In this document: positions 18,744-29,000 of the stretch, piece by piece | How the letters are laid out: each line of letters starts with the position of its first letter | Position numbering within the stretch: position 1 is the first letter of the stretch | Virus record (IMG/VR): IMGVR_UViG_3300006169_000031 | Location: 1-50,663 of that record | DNA length: 50,663 nucleotides | Reading direction: 5' to 3' (one strand) | DNA from: a virus | Lineage: Duplodnaviria; Caudoviricetes | Notes under the pieces: model-generated | Databases searched by the model: none | The model's input: the letters and a program-made list of their open reading frames with translations, nothing else | Told to the model about the DNA's origin: nothing | Made by a program: the position numbers and the translations under genes

Positions 18744-21426
18744 GCCGCTGGACCACGATCGGCACGAACTCGAGCGTGTCGAGATCGAAGTCGTGGCCGT
18801 CGGTGCTGATCAGCTCGAAGGCGAAGTAGCGCGCCCGCTGGCCCTTGCCCATGTGGACCTTGGTCGAGCGCATGTTCCGGGTCGAGGTGGTGTAGTTGTA
18901 GACCGCGCCGTCGCCGGTTTCGATCCGCAGCACGAAGTCACCCTCGCCGCGCGTCGCGATGTAAGCGGCCTTGAGCCTCGAGAGGTGGGTGCTCCCGAAC
19001 TGCATGAAGCCGCCCTTGATCCGGGTGCCGATGTCCACGCCGTCGTCATCGTCTCCGAACAGCTCGTAGAGCCCGCCATCCGAGGCGCCGATATACGTGT
19101 CGCCGATCCGGGCGAAGCTGTTGAACGCGTAGTTGGTGTATTCGGTGACCGCGCCGGTGCGCGTGTTCATTGCCCACGTGGTGAAGCCGCCGTTGGGCTC
19201 GAAATATCCGCCGGCCAGCTCAACCGTCTCGTCGACGACCGGCGCGAACAGCATCTGCAGGGCCTGCTCGGCGGTCAGGTCCACGCTCTCGTTGAGCACG
19301 GCACGCAGGACCCACAGCGGCGTCGCCGCGGCGTCCAGCTCGAGCGTCTCCAAGATCACCCCGCTCGCAAGCGCGGTGGCGGTCATCGGGTCGATCATCT
19401 CGATCGCGTCGAGGATGTCACCGCTCAGGAAGCGCCCCAGCGCGTCGAGCACGCGCAGGCTGTCGACGAGCGATCGGCCGAAGATCGCCTGCCCCACAAG
19501 TTGCGGAGCGATCTCGAGCGCCTCGAGGACCTGCAGCGCCTGCAGCGCATCCGTCACGGCGTCGGCGATCACCTCCTCGGCAACGTCCACCGACACGCCG
19601 GCACGGATCAGGTCCTGCAGCGCGATGCTCTGGATCAGCGCCAGATTGTAGGTCACCGCCGGAGCGGCCAGGGCGGCGAGAAGCACCGCATCGCGCACCA
19701 GCACGCCCCAGATTGTCGTGGGCACGTCCTCGAACTCGGCGGTATCCGTGAGCGAGCGCAGGAACGCCCGGGCCGCCAGCAGCTCGGAGTTGGAGACCAC
19801 CATGTTCTGGGTCAGCGTGCGCGAGAACGGCTTCAGTGTCGTCTGGGTCATGGAGATGTTGATCGTGTCGGCCAGCACCTGCAGAATGAAGTTGATGCTG
19901 TCGGCCGCGTCGTCGAGCGCCAACATCTCGGTGAAGGTCTCATCGTAGATCGTGGGACCACCACCGCCAGAACCACGGTCGAACGCATCCGTCGGAGCCA
20001 CGAAACCGCCGTCATTGGCGTAGCGGGCAGTGCCGATGGTTAGGCGGAACTCGTCAACGTAACCGCCCAGGCTGTCGCTGTCGTCGGCATCATAATCGGT
20101 GTCGGTGTCGGCGCTGGTGAACGTCACACCGCCGATCGTCAGCGGAAACCCGGAAGCCGTAGGAGCAAGAGCACCCGTCGTCTTGTCGACCATCACGCCA
20201 TTGACGTAGAACCGATAGTCGGTCCCGTCGTAATCGCAGGTGATAAAATACCACGTGTCAGCAACGAAAGGGGTGAACCCGGTAGAATACCCCGCCGTGG
20301 AGAAGTCGCTGTCCAGAGACAGGCCCATATACCACGTGCCGTCTCCGTTATCGTAGGTATCGAGCAACCACCCAAGACTGTCGCTGTAGTTGTAGCAAGC
20401 AGCCAACTCGGTGTAGCCAGAAGAAATTACATCGGCGTTGAACTGAAACCACCCCTCGATGGTGAAGTTGTTCGATCCCAGCTCGTAAGCCGCGTTCGGC
20501 AAGAACATAAGACAGCCGCCCGTAGGAGCAGTATTGCCCCCGGGCATCGAGAGCGATTTGGTCCCGAATTTTGGCTCGTCGGTCGTGACGCTGACGTTAT
20601 TCGAGCGCGTGCCGATACCGCCGACTGCAGCCAGATCGCTCTCGTCCGTGACCGTGGTCGCTGTGTCAAAAGTCCACCGCAGCACGACATCGTCCCAGTC
20701 GGGATCGGTGCCGTCGATCGGGTAAGGATCGGTCGGGACCGTAAGGCCTGCGTCGCTCGCATAGCGGGCAGTGCCGACCGTGACCCGAACATCGTCGACG
20801 ATCAGCGGCGCAGCACCTCCCCAGGGGCTGGCGTTCCCGCCATCCGTGCGTCCACCGAAGAACATCGGCAGCGAGGAGGCGAAGATCGAGCTGGACGCCG
20901 TCGTGCTGTCGACCATCGCGCCGTTCGCGTAGAGCCGATACTTCGTGCCGTCGAAGTCGATTACGATGTGGTGCCACGTCGAAATCGCCAGCGCCAGTGC
21001 GGTGGCGGTGAACATCGTCGCGTCGGCAGTGTTGCCGCCGTCGTTACTGATATTCAGCCGGAAGTAATTGATACCTGAAGCGTCGTTGTTGCAGGTGACC
21101 CACCAAGCCCCAACAGTCTGCCCCCACTGACCGCAGACATCGCGCGTGCCGGTCGTCGGGTTAGCCCGCAGGTAGCACCAGAACTCGACGGTGAACGGCG
21201 TCGTCCCGCTCAGGAACGCCGCGTTGTAGGGGACGTTGAAGCCCCCCATTTTGTCGAGGTGAAAGCCGTAAGCACCGAACTTGCTGTAGCCAAGCCGGAA
21301 CGCAGCCTGATCGTCAGGGAACGACACATCCTGAGCCAGTGGGCTCTGCTCGGCGAACGAGGCGGGCTCCGAACTCTCGAAGCCCGCCAAGCAAACGACG
21401 TCATCCCAGAACGGATCACCCGGCAC
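18736..21426 (-). CDS. Tail fibre/tail protein with two N-terminal LamG (concanavalin A-like) domains
   Basis: Two copies of FT(V/I)E.W...W(H/Y)(H/F)I...YR.Y.NG...D(D/E).R.T.GTARY. Confidence 0.85.
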   Translation of the reverse strand: MPGDPFWDDVVCLAGFESSEPASFAEQSPLAQDVSFPDDQAAFRLGYSKFGAYGFHLDKMGGFNVPYNAAFLSGTTPFTVEFWCYLRANPTTGTRDVCGQWGQTVGAWWVTCNNDASGINYFRLNISNDGGNTADATMFTATALALAISTWHHIVIDFDGTKYRLYANGAMVDSTTASSSIFASSLPMFFGGRTDGGNASPWGGAAPLIVDDVRVTVGTARYASDAGLTVPTDPYPIDGTDPDWDDVVLRWTFDTATTVTDESDLAAVGGIGTRSNNVSVTTDEPKFGTKSLSMPGGNTAPTGGCLMFLPNAAYELGSNNFTIEGWFQFNADVISSGYTELAACYNYSDSLGWLLDTYDNGDGTWYMGLSLDSDFSTAGYSTGFTPFVADTWYFITCDYDGTDYRFYVNGVMVDKTTGALAPTASGFPLTIGGVTFTSADTDTDYDADDSDSLGGYVDEFRLTIGTARYANDGGFVAPTDAFDRGSGGGGPTIYDETFTEMLALDDAADSINFILQVLADTINISMTQTTLKPFSRTLTQNMVVSNSELLAARAFLRSLTDTAEFEDVPTTIWGVLVRDAVLLAALAAPAVTYNLALIQSIALQDLIRAGVSVDVAEEVIADAVTDALQALQVLEALEIAPQLVGQAIFGRSLVDSLRVLDALGRFLSGDILDAIEMIDPMTATALASGVILETLELDAAATPLWVLRAVLNESVDLTAEQALQMLFAPVVDETVELAGGYFEPNGGFTTWAMNTRTGAVTEYTNYAFNSFARIGDTYIGASDGGLYELFGDDDDGVDIGTRIKGGFMQFGSTHLSRLKAAYIATRGEGDFVLRIETGDGAVYNYTTSTRNMRSTKVHMGKGQRARYFAFELISTDGHDFDLDTLEFVPIVVQRRV

Positions 21427-21440
21427 TCAGGCCTCCTGGC

Positions 21441-21974
21441 TTAGCTCGAGGCGGCGCCGATCGTGTAGGTGAGCAGGAGCTGATCGTCGTCCACGACGGC
21501 CTTCGACGAGGAGAAGCGTGCGGCCGAGAACAGCGTGCCCGAGGTCGCCGACTTGGCCGAGGCCGACACGAGGAACGCGCCGTAGATGGTCTTGGTCGCG
21601 TTGAACGTGAAGGTCGCCTTGTTCGCCGAGTTCGTGATCGACTGCGAAGCCGCAGCGGCCTCGTTATACTCGACGCGCGCCGTCTCGTCGTAGGCGGTGC
21701 ATTCGGTGCTGTCGGCGGTGATGCTTGCCGCGGTGACGGTCGCGACGGGGGTGTAGTTGCCCTCGAAGACGCCGACATACCACGTGCCGATCTGGGTCGA
21801 GCCGTGGAACATGATGTTGAGCAGGCTGTTGAGGCCCTCGTTGACGACGAGGTTGTGGTCTTCCCACTCGTCGATCACCTCGCCGCCGCGGATGTGCTGG
21901 CCGTGGAAGCTGCCCCCGAGAATGAGGTCGTTCTTCGGCATCAGGATGCCACCAGCGCTGCGTTCGTAGTTCAT
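21441..21974 (-). CDS. Virion structural protein
   Basis: HNLVVNEGLNSLL...ATFTFNATKTIYGAFL...GTLFSAARF pattern typical of phage tail-associated proteins. Confidence 0.7.
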   Translation of the reverse strand: MNYERSAGGILMPKNDLILGGSFHGQHIRGGEVIDEWEDHNLVVNEGLNSLLNIMFHGSTQIGTWYVGVFEGNYTPVATVTAASITADSTECTAYDETARVEYNEAAAASQSITNSANKATFTFNATKTIYGAFLVSASAKSATSGTLFSAARFSSSKAVVDDDQLLLTYTIGAASS

Positions 21975-21976
21975 GC

Positions 21977-23032
21977 CTAGCCCCCTTGAGATGCCCGGAC
22001 GATTTCGGCGTCCACATAGTCTCCGATCCGCGCGTTGGCGCTCGGTCCTCCGGCGCTATCGGTCACGGCAACGTAACTGTTAGCACCTTGGTCTTCGCGA
22101 TACAACGCCGCAGCGCGCACCGCCTCCGGGAATACCACCCGCTTGCGCGTCAGGTTGATCACCTGCCCGTCGTCGAGACCGACGCAAATGCCCTGGCCGG
22201 TCAGGAAAACGGGCGAATTGCTCTCCGGCACAGTGTCGCTCTCGCGCGCCTGCGGATGAACATCGGCAGTCGGCACCACCACGGCCGAGCCGGGGATTAC
22301 CGGGCTCTCGAGCACGACCGAGCGCTTGAAGCCCTCCGAGAGCGTGCCCTGCAGGAACAGGAGCTGCGCCGTCGTGCCGACGAACAGGCCGCTGTCGACC
22401 GCGCGCACCATCGTGATGTCGTGCTCGAACTGCAGGTAGTTCTTCGTCCGATCCACAAGGTCGTAGAGATAAAGCTCGGTGGCCCACAGCCAACGCTCGC
22501 TGGCGAGGTAGATGCGGCCCTTGTAGCTCTCGATCTCGGTCGCCAGCGGCGGCGGTCCCAGCAACTTGCCGGAAATAGCACCCAGCGTCTCGGTCGGGCG
22601 GATTACCGGCGACAGCCACTGGCCCTCTCCGCCGGTCTGGCCCCACGGCAGCACCGCGTCGTCGACGATCTTGCCCGAGGCCGAGCGCGACGAGAAGTAG
22701 ACGGTCTCGCCGACAGCGGTGTAGCTGAGCGGGTCCGGGCCGATCCCCGTCACCAGCGGAACGATCAGGTAGTCCTGCTGCAGGATGCCCAGGTCGTCGC
22801 GGTAGACGATCAGCGCGCGCCCGTCGGGCATGGACCACAAGCTGTGGCAGTAGCCTGCGAGTTTCTGGTCATATCCCCGGCGGCGGCGGAGCTGCCCGGC
22901 GTCGTCGATGTCCACGTTGACCGCGGCTTCCAGCTCGCCGACCTTCAGCCGTTCGCGCGAGACCGTGTTCTTGATCCCGGAGAACTGGCCGACGATGATG
23001 CTCTCGGGCGGCTCGTTGGGGTTGCTGGCCAT
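21977..23032 (-). CDS. Putative tail/nozzle protein
   Basis: FSGIKN...AVNVDIDDAGQLRRRRG N-terminus; beta-rich; structural operon. Confidence 0.6.
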   Translation of the reverse strand: MASNPNEPPESIIVGQFSGIKNTVSRERLKVGELEAAVNVDIDDAGQLRRRRGYDQKLAGYCHSLWSMPDGRALIVYRDDLGILQQDYLIVPLVTGIGPDPLSYTAVGETVYFSSRSASGKIVDDAVLPWGQTGGEGQWLSPVIRPTETLGAISGKLLGPPPLATEIESYKGRIYLASERWLWATELYLYDLVDRTKNYLQFEHDITMVRAVDSGLFVGTTAQLLFLQGTLSEGFKRSVVLESPVIPGSAVVVPTADVHPQARESDTVPESNSPVFLTGQGICVGLDDGQVINLTRKRVVFPEAVRAAALYREDQGANSYVAVTDSAGGPSANARIGDYVDAEIVRASQGG

Positions 23033-23042
23033 CTGTGCCTCC

Positions 23043-26000
23043 TCAGAAATTCGCGTAGCTGGTCATCTGCTGACCTGCAACGTCCTTCAGGGAGACCCCG
23101 GTGGGCGTCGTGAGCGCCCGCGACTGAGCCGCGTTGCGCGACTGCCGCTCGAACGAGGCCGAGATGCTCGGGATCACCGCAAAGCCCGGGTTGTCCTGGT
23201 CGAACTTCATCGCCTCGGCAATCAGGTCCCGGGCGCCGGCATTGTCCCCGGTGCGCAGCGCGCGGACGATCTGCTGCCGAAGCGAGCTGGCCCGGCGGGT
23301 GATCTCGCCGCGCCGCGCCGCCTGATCGGATCGAGCCTCGCCATACTCGGCCTTGGCCGAGGGGCTGAAGCCAAGGAGCTGCCACAGGTAGGAAGCCGCC
23401 GTGGGCGACAGCGGGAGCTTGTTGCCCTTCGTGTCGATGTAGCCCTCGTTCGTCATGCGGTAGGCCTCGAGCGGGCTCTTGAACGCCACCGGCAGCATCG
23501 TCTTGGCGCCGCCCAGGTAGTCGCCGTCGGCGATCTGGCCGCCGCCGTCGAGCACGTTCTGCAACATGCTGGGGACCGCGCCGAGCGAGCGGCCGGCGCT
23601 ATTGGCCACGGCTTCCTTCCAACTCCGGCGGTCGGCCAGGAACTCGCTGAAGGGCAGCAGGTTCTGCTCGCCCGCACGCGCCGAGATGTCGAAGCCGGCG
23701 ACGCGCGGCGCGCCTCGAGCCAGCACTTCCGCGACATCCTTGCCGAACACCGACGCGAGGAAGTTGCGGTAGGCGCTGGTCGCATCGAACGGCTCGTCGT
23801 CATCGTCCAGCGCGTCCACCATGCGCTCGAGCGCCGTGGCGAACACGGTGGCGAAGGGCAGGCCCAGCGTGCCGGCGAGAGCTGTCACCGCCGCGAGGTG
23901 GCCGCCGATGAACCGGCGCGCCTCGGTGCGGCGCTGCTTGGCCTGCGCCTCGCTCTCGCCCGGCCGGGCGCGCTGAAACGCGTCGAGAGCCTCGCTGTAG
24001 AGCTTCTCGGTGATCTGCACTTGGTAGGACATGAACTGGGTCAGCAGCGGCGTCACCGGGCCGAGGAAGCCTTTCTTGCCGAGCTGTCGCGCCGTGTTCC
24101 AGTTCTGGTAGTCGAACATCGAGTTCGACACCGTGCTGGTGGCGTAGTCCTGTGCCGCCTTGTCGTAGCCGCCATGCAGCTCGCGCGCGGACAGGGCCGT
24201 CACCAGCCGGCTGAACGTCTCGGTATAGAGCCCGATCGCCGAGGAGAGCTTGAGGTAGGTCTCCGTCGCTCCCCCGACGCCCTTGTTGTCGGCCACCTGC
24301 CCCAGCGAGCGCGCCATCGAGCCGATGTCGATCGTGCCGGTGGCGAGCATGTGCTGCAGGAAGTTGCGGGTCTTGTCGTCGAGACCGGCTTTCTTCAGCA
24401 CGTCCTCGGTGATCGCCACGTCGCCCCAATGGCGCCAGCCGAGCTTGCCGGCCTCCGAGCTGACCGCCTTGACGATCGCCAGCGCCTGCGTGGACGCGCG
24501 CCGCATCGCATGGAACGAGTTGCGGTAGCCATACTTTTTCGCCAGCTCCGGCAGCGTGACGACGCCGAGCTGGGTCATGTTGATCAGGCCGTAGGCCGGG
24601 CTGAAGCCGAGGAAGTAGCTGTGCGCATAGCCGCGCAGCTTGTCGAACGTGTCGGCCGTCTCGTTCACCGGGTTCTTGGCGTCGCGCAGCTTCAGCTCCG
24701 CCATGACGTCCTGCACGGTGAACGGATCGGCCGGCGAGAGCTGCTCGCCGTTCGGACCCTTCCGGTTGGCGACGAGCGCCTCGTTATACTGCGCCCGCAT
24801 GTTGGTAAAGGCGCGGTTGAACTTCGGCGCCGAGGCCACGTTGGCGATGTTGATCGAGCCCACGCGCCAGCGGTGCGCGAAGTTGCGGATCATGTCCTTG
24901 TTGTAGCCGGGCACGGTGTAGCGTTTCGAGAGCACCTTGCTGATCGAGCTGTCCGGCTGGCTCTCGATCCACGTGTCCCGGGCGAGGTTGATCGTGTCCT
25001 GCTTCAGCTTTTCGAGTGCGGCGCGGTCGTCCGGGCTCATGCTCTCGTCCGCGGCGAACATCGGGCTCGCCTCGAGGTTCGAGATGTAGCTGGCGACGAA
25101 CTGGGGTAGACCGTCGGCCGTGCCGTAGTTGTCCGTGCGGTTGCGCGGGCCGACCTTGATCTCGTCGTCCGAGAGGAGCCCCTGCCGCTGAAGCTGCAGC
25201 GCCACCTGCCGGAAGCGCATGGCCTGATCTACTGTGTCGAACCGGAGCATGAAGCGCGGCTTGGTGCTGTCGGCGCTGATCTGCGCGTCGGTAAAGCCGG
25301 CCGCTTCGAGCGCCTCGGCCACCTTGCGCTGGGCCGCCGGGTCCACGTTGCCGTCCTCGCCCTTGCGGATCACCGCCGAGCCGAAGTTGTCGCCGAAGCG
25401 ACCCCGGTGGAAGTAGGGCGCTTTCGCCATCGCGGCCTTGGCCTCGTGGATGGCGTCGACCTGCATCTCGATCGGCGAGAGGTGCTGGTTCATCGCGCGC
25501 TGGTCGCTGGCGCTGCCGGCAGCGGCCTCACCTTTCTTCTGGCGCACGAACGCCGTCGCCGCGGCGACCTGTGCGTCCAGAGCCTGCGACCAGTGGTCCC
25601 GGATCGAAGACGGCGAGCTGAGCCCCTCGGCGCGCATGAACTGGTCAGCCGGGTTGGCCCAGCTATTCTCGATGCCCATGGCCAGCTCGGGGTCGGTGGC
25701 CACGAGGCCGTGCAGCCCGACGGCCATGCGCGCGAAGTTCTGCGCTTCGTTGAGGTGCCGGAAGTCCTGATAAGACGCCCAGCCGGCGCCGTCGCCGCGC
25801 TTGAGGTCGTTGGCCAGCTTGACCGCGTCGCCATGCAGTCGCTTCAGGTTCGCCGCGTTCGCGTCGTCATGCAGCCACGTGTGCTGCTCCCAGGTCTTGT
25901 CCGGGTCGATCTGGAACTCGGTCGTGGTGGCCATGAGCTGGCCGACACGCTCGGCGGTCTTCGGGTTGGCCCTCTCGAGCTGCTCGAAGCGCTGATATGC

Positions 26001-29000
26001 GTCCTCGCCCATCTGCTCGAACCGGCTGCGGATGGCCACGCGTTCGCGGTGCGCATCGCTGTGCTCGATCGTCGCGGGGATTTGGTCCCCATACTGGCGG
26101 TCGATCTGGTTGTGGCTCAGCCAGCCCAGCATGACCCGGCGGGTCTTCGCCGCCTTGTCGCGCAGGTTGAGGTTGTTGACGAAGGTCTCGGCCGCCTGGG
26201 CGAACCGCTGGGTCGTCTCGTTGCTGGCCTCGGCGGTGCGGTTCTGCGCGCTCACGGCGGCGTCGTTGAGCGGTGCTACCAGCGCCGCCTCCTTGAAGCC
26301 CTCGGGCCAGTTCATCTGATACATCGACCGAAGCTCGCCCTGGCCGGTGCCGGTGATCTGCTCCGACACCCGCAGCAGCTCGGTCAGCGCCGTGTCGTAT
26401 TTCGCGTCGAGCCCCAGCACGTTGCGCAGCAGCTCCACGAGACGGCTGAACACTGACTGCTTCGGCTTGTATTCGATCGACGCGAGGTAGCGCTGCATGT
26501 CGGGGTTGGTGAGCCCCCACGCGAGGATTTCGTCCACGTTGTCGAGCGCGTTGTTGTCGCCGTGGAGGAAGGCGCGCTCGAACGGCGAGAGGTTTCCGGC
26601 CTCGCGCCGCGCGATGAAGTGGTCGGCGATGGCGTGCTGCAGATCGTAGAGATCGCGCACCGCGCGGCCGAGCTTGGTGTTGCCGTAGACCCCGGGGGTG
26701 TTGCCGTGCTGCAGCAGGCCCATCGTCACCGCGTGGATCATCTCGTGCGCGGCGATCTGGTAGTTCATGCCGGCATGGTCGCCCATGTCGGCGCTCTGCA
26801 GATAGACCGTCGCTCCCGGCGGCTCGCGCCGCATCGTGACGAACGCGCGGGTCAGACCGTCCTGCATCGCCGCCGGCACCGCGTCACCCGGCTTGATGAC
26901 CTTGAACTGCAGGTCGTAGCCCTGCTTCTGCAGCCCCTGCGCCAGCTCGCGCACACGCGACATGATCTCGCGGTGGTAAGCGCTCGGCGCGTGGTCGACC
27001 ATGTGGTTGAGGGCGCCCATGAAGTCCTTGCCGGACACGAACTGCTCGAACTGCGGGTCCACGTCGCCCGAGGTGCGGGCTTCAGCGAGGAAGTTCTTCA
27101 TCGAGCTGGCGACCTGATCGACCTTGCCCTCGTCGAGGAGCTGGTGGAGCCTGTCGGCCCGCGCCTTGGTGATGCCCTTCTCGGCGAGCGCGAAGTTGAT
27201 GAGGCTGCGCATCTCGAACGCACGCACCGCCGTGTCGGTCTCGGCCCGCTGGACCGTCTTGGCGGAAGCCACCTGGGTGTTCATTTCCTTGAACAGCGGC
27301 TGCGCACGCCGCGCCGGCCGCGCAGGCGCCATCTCGGTCTGGGTGGTCGCCGGCTGCTCGAACAGCGTCCGGCCGCTCTGCACCCGCTGCAACGCCTGAC
27401 CGACCTCGTCGGGGTTGGCGCCGTTGCGCACCATCTGACGCAGCGTGGCCACGTCGGTATCGTTGATGCCGCGCAGGTCGGCGGCGTCGATCAGCCGGTT
27501 CATCGCCTGCTGCTGGACCTGCTGCGGAGCCAGCTCGAGACGCGTCTGCTCGCGCGGCACCGCGGTGCCGGTCGTGCGGCCTTCCTGCCGCGCGCGGATC
27601 GCTTCCGTCTGCGCCGCCGTGCGCGTCTCGGCGTTCTCGACGAAGTCCTGCGCCCAGACCTGCCCAGCCTGATAGGCCGCCATATCGCCGAAATCGGAGA
27701 ACGTCGGCGGCGCCACCGCTTCGCCAGCAATCTGAGCCTGCACCCCGCGGTCGAAAATCGAAGCTCGCGCGCCGGTGTAGCCCTGTTGCTGTGCTGCAAG
27801 AACGGTCTCCTGAAGGCCCTCCGGCGTCGACAGGAACGCCTGCCGGCCGAGCGGGGTGACATCCATCGCATCGTCGTCGGTGACGAGGCCCATCTTGCGG
27901 GCCACCTTCTCGACCTGCGACACCTCGGCATTCGAGGTGTCGTTGGCGAGCGCGCGGAAAATCTGCGCCCGGGCCTGCTCGATGTTGGCCGGCGTCCGGT
28001 CGAGAACGCCCTGGCCGCCACGCGTGCGCTTGATCCCGGCGTCCTGCTTGATCTGGTTCCACTGCGCCTCGAACGTCGGGTCGTTGGTGACCTGCGGCGT
28101 CATGCGCGGGGAACCGGGCGTCTCGACGGCAGTTCCTGCACTGTCGTCAGCGCCCGCGGTCTCCCGCGTGACAGGAGATAGAGGAGCAGGCGTGGAGGTC
28201 CCCGTCCCCGGCGCCTGCTCCTCGACCGCAGCGGCATTGCGCGCGGTCTCAACGTATTGCGCCAGCTCGGTGGGCTGCAGGTTCTCATCCAGCAGGCCCA
28301 GCCGCTGCGCGAATTTCGCGGTGTTGGCCCGGCTGTCCTGCTCGACGAACACCTGATTGTAGACCTTGCCGAGAAGGTCCATCTCGTCGGTCGCCTGGAC
28401 CTGCTGCACGAAGCCGCCACGCAGGCCTTTCTTCTGCTCGGCGAGGAAGGTGTCGAACGGGATTTCGGCGCCTGTCACCGGGTTGACGCGTGGTGCACCC
28501 GGCACGGCCATCGGCGGCACCACCTGCTCGGAGGACAGCGGCGTGAACGGCTCCGGGGGCTCGAGGTGCGTGCCTTGCAGGCCACGGCTGAGAGCGGTCG
28601 ATCCGGTCAGCGGGACGTTGACCGGCGGCGTCGCCTGATCGAGCGCGGCCTGCACCTCGGGCGTGACATTGCCGATGAAGGTGTTCTGCAGCACCTGCGG
28701 CTGGTTCTGGTCGATCGCCAGCGCGCGTTCGCCCTCGGGACCCGGCGGCACGGCGCGGCCCTCGGCATCGACGATGAAGTCCGGCGGCGCGTTCTGCACG
28801 CCTGGACCCTGCACGATCGGCTCACTCGCGGAGACCTCGGGACCGCCGGGCTCCCGGCCGAACGACTGCGGCGACGGGAGCGCACGGAGAGAGCCGTCGA
28901 GGATACCATCGACCTTGGCGTTCATGTCGTCGACGGTGACCATGTCGGCGGGCTTGGCATCGGAGATGTGCCGGCGGAAACCACCACCGGCACCCAGCAC

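Noticed and set aside
16992-21426. Diversity-generating retroelement acting on tail genes
   Set aside because: No reverse transcriptase and no template/variable repeat pair differing at adenines was seen
23073-23086. 14-bp match ACCTGCAACGTCCT shared with 42781-42794
   Set aside because: Only two copies with no common context; compatible with chance
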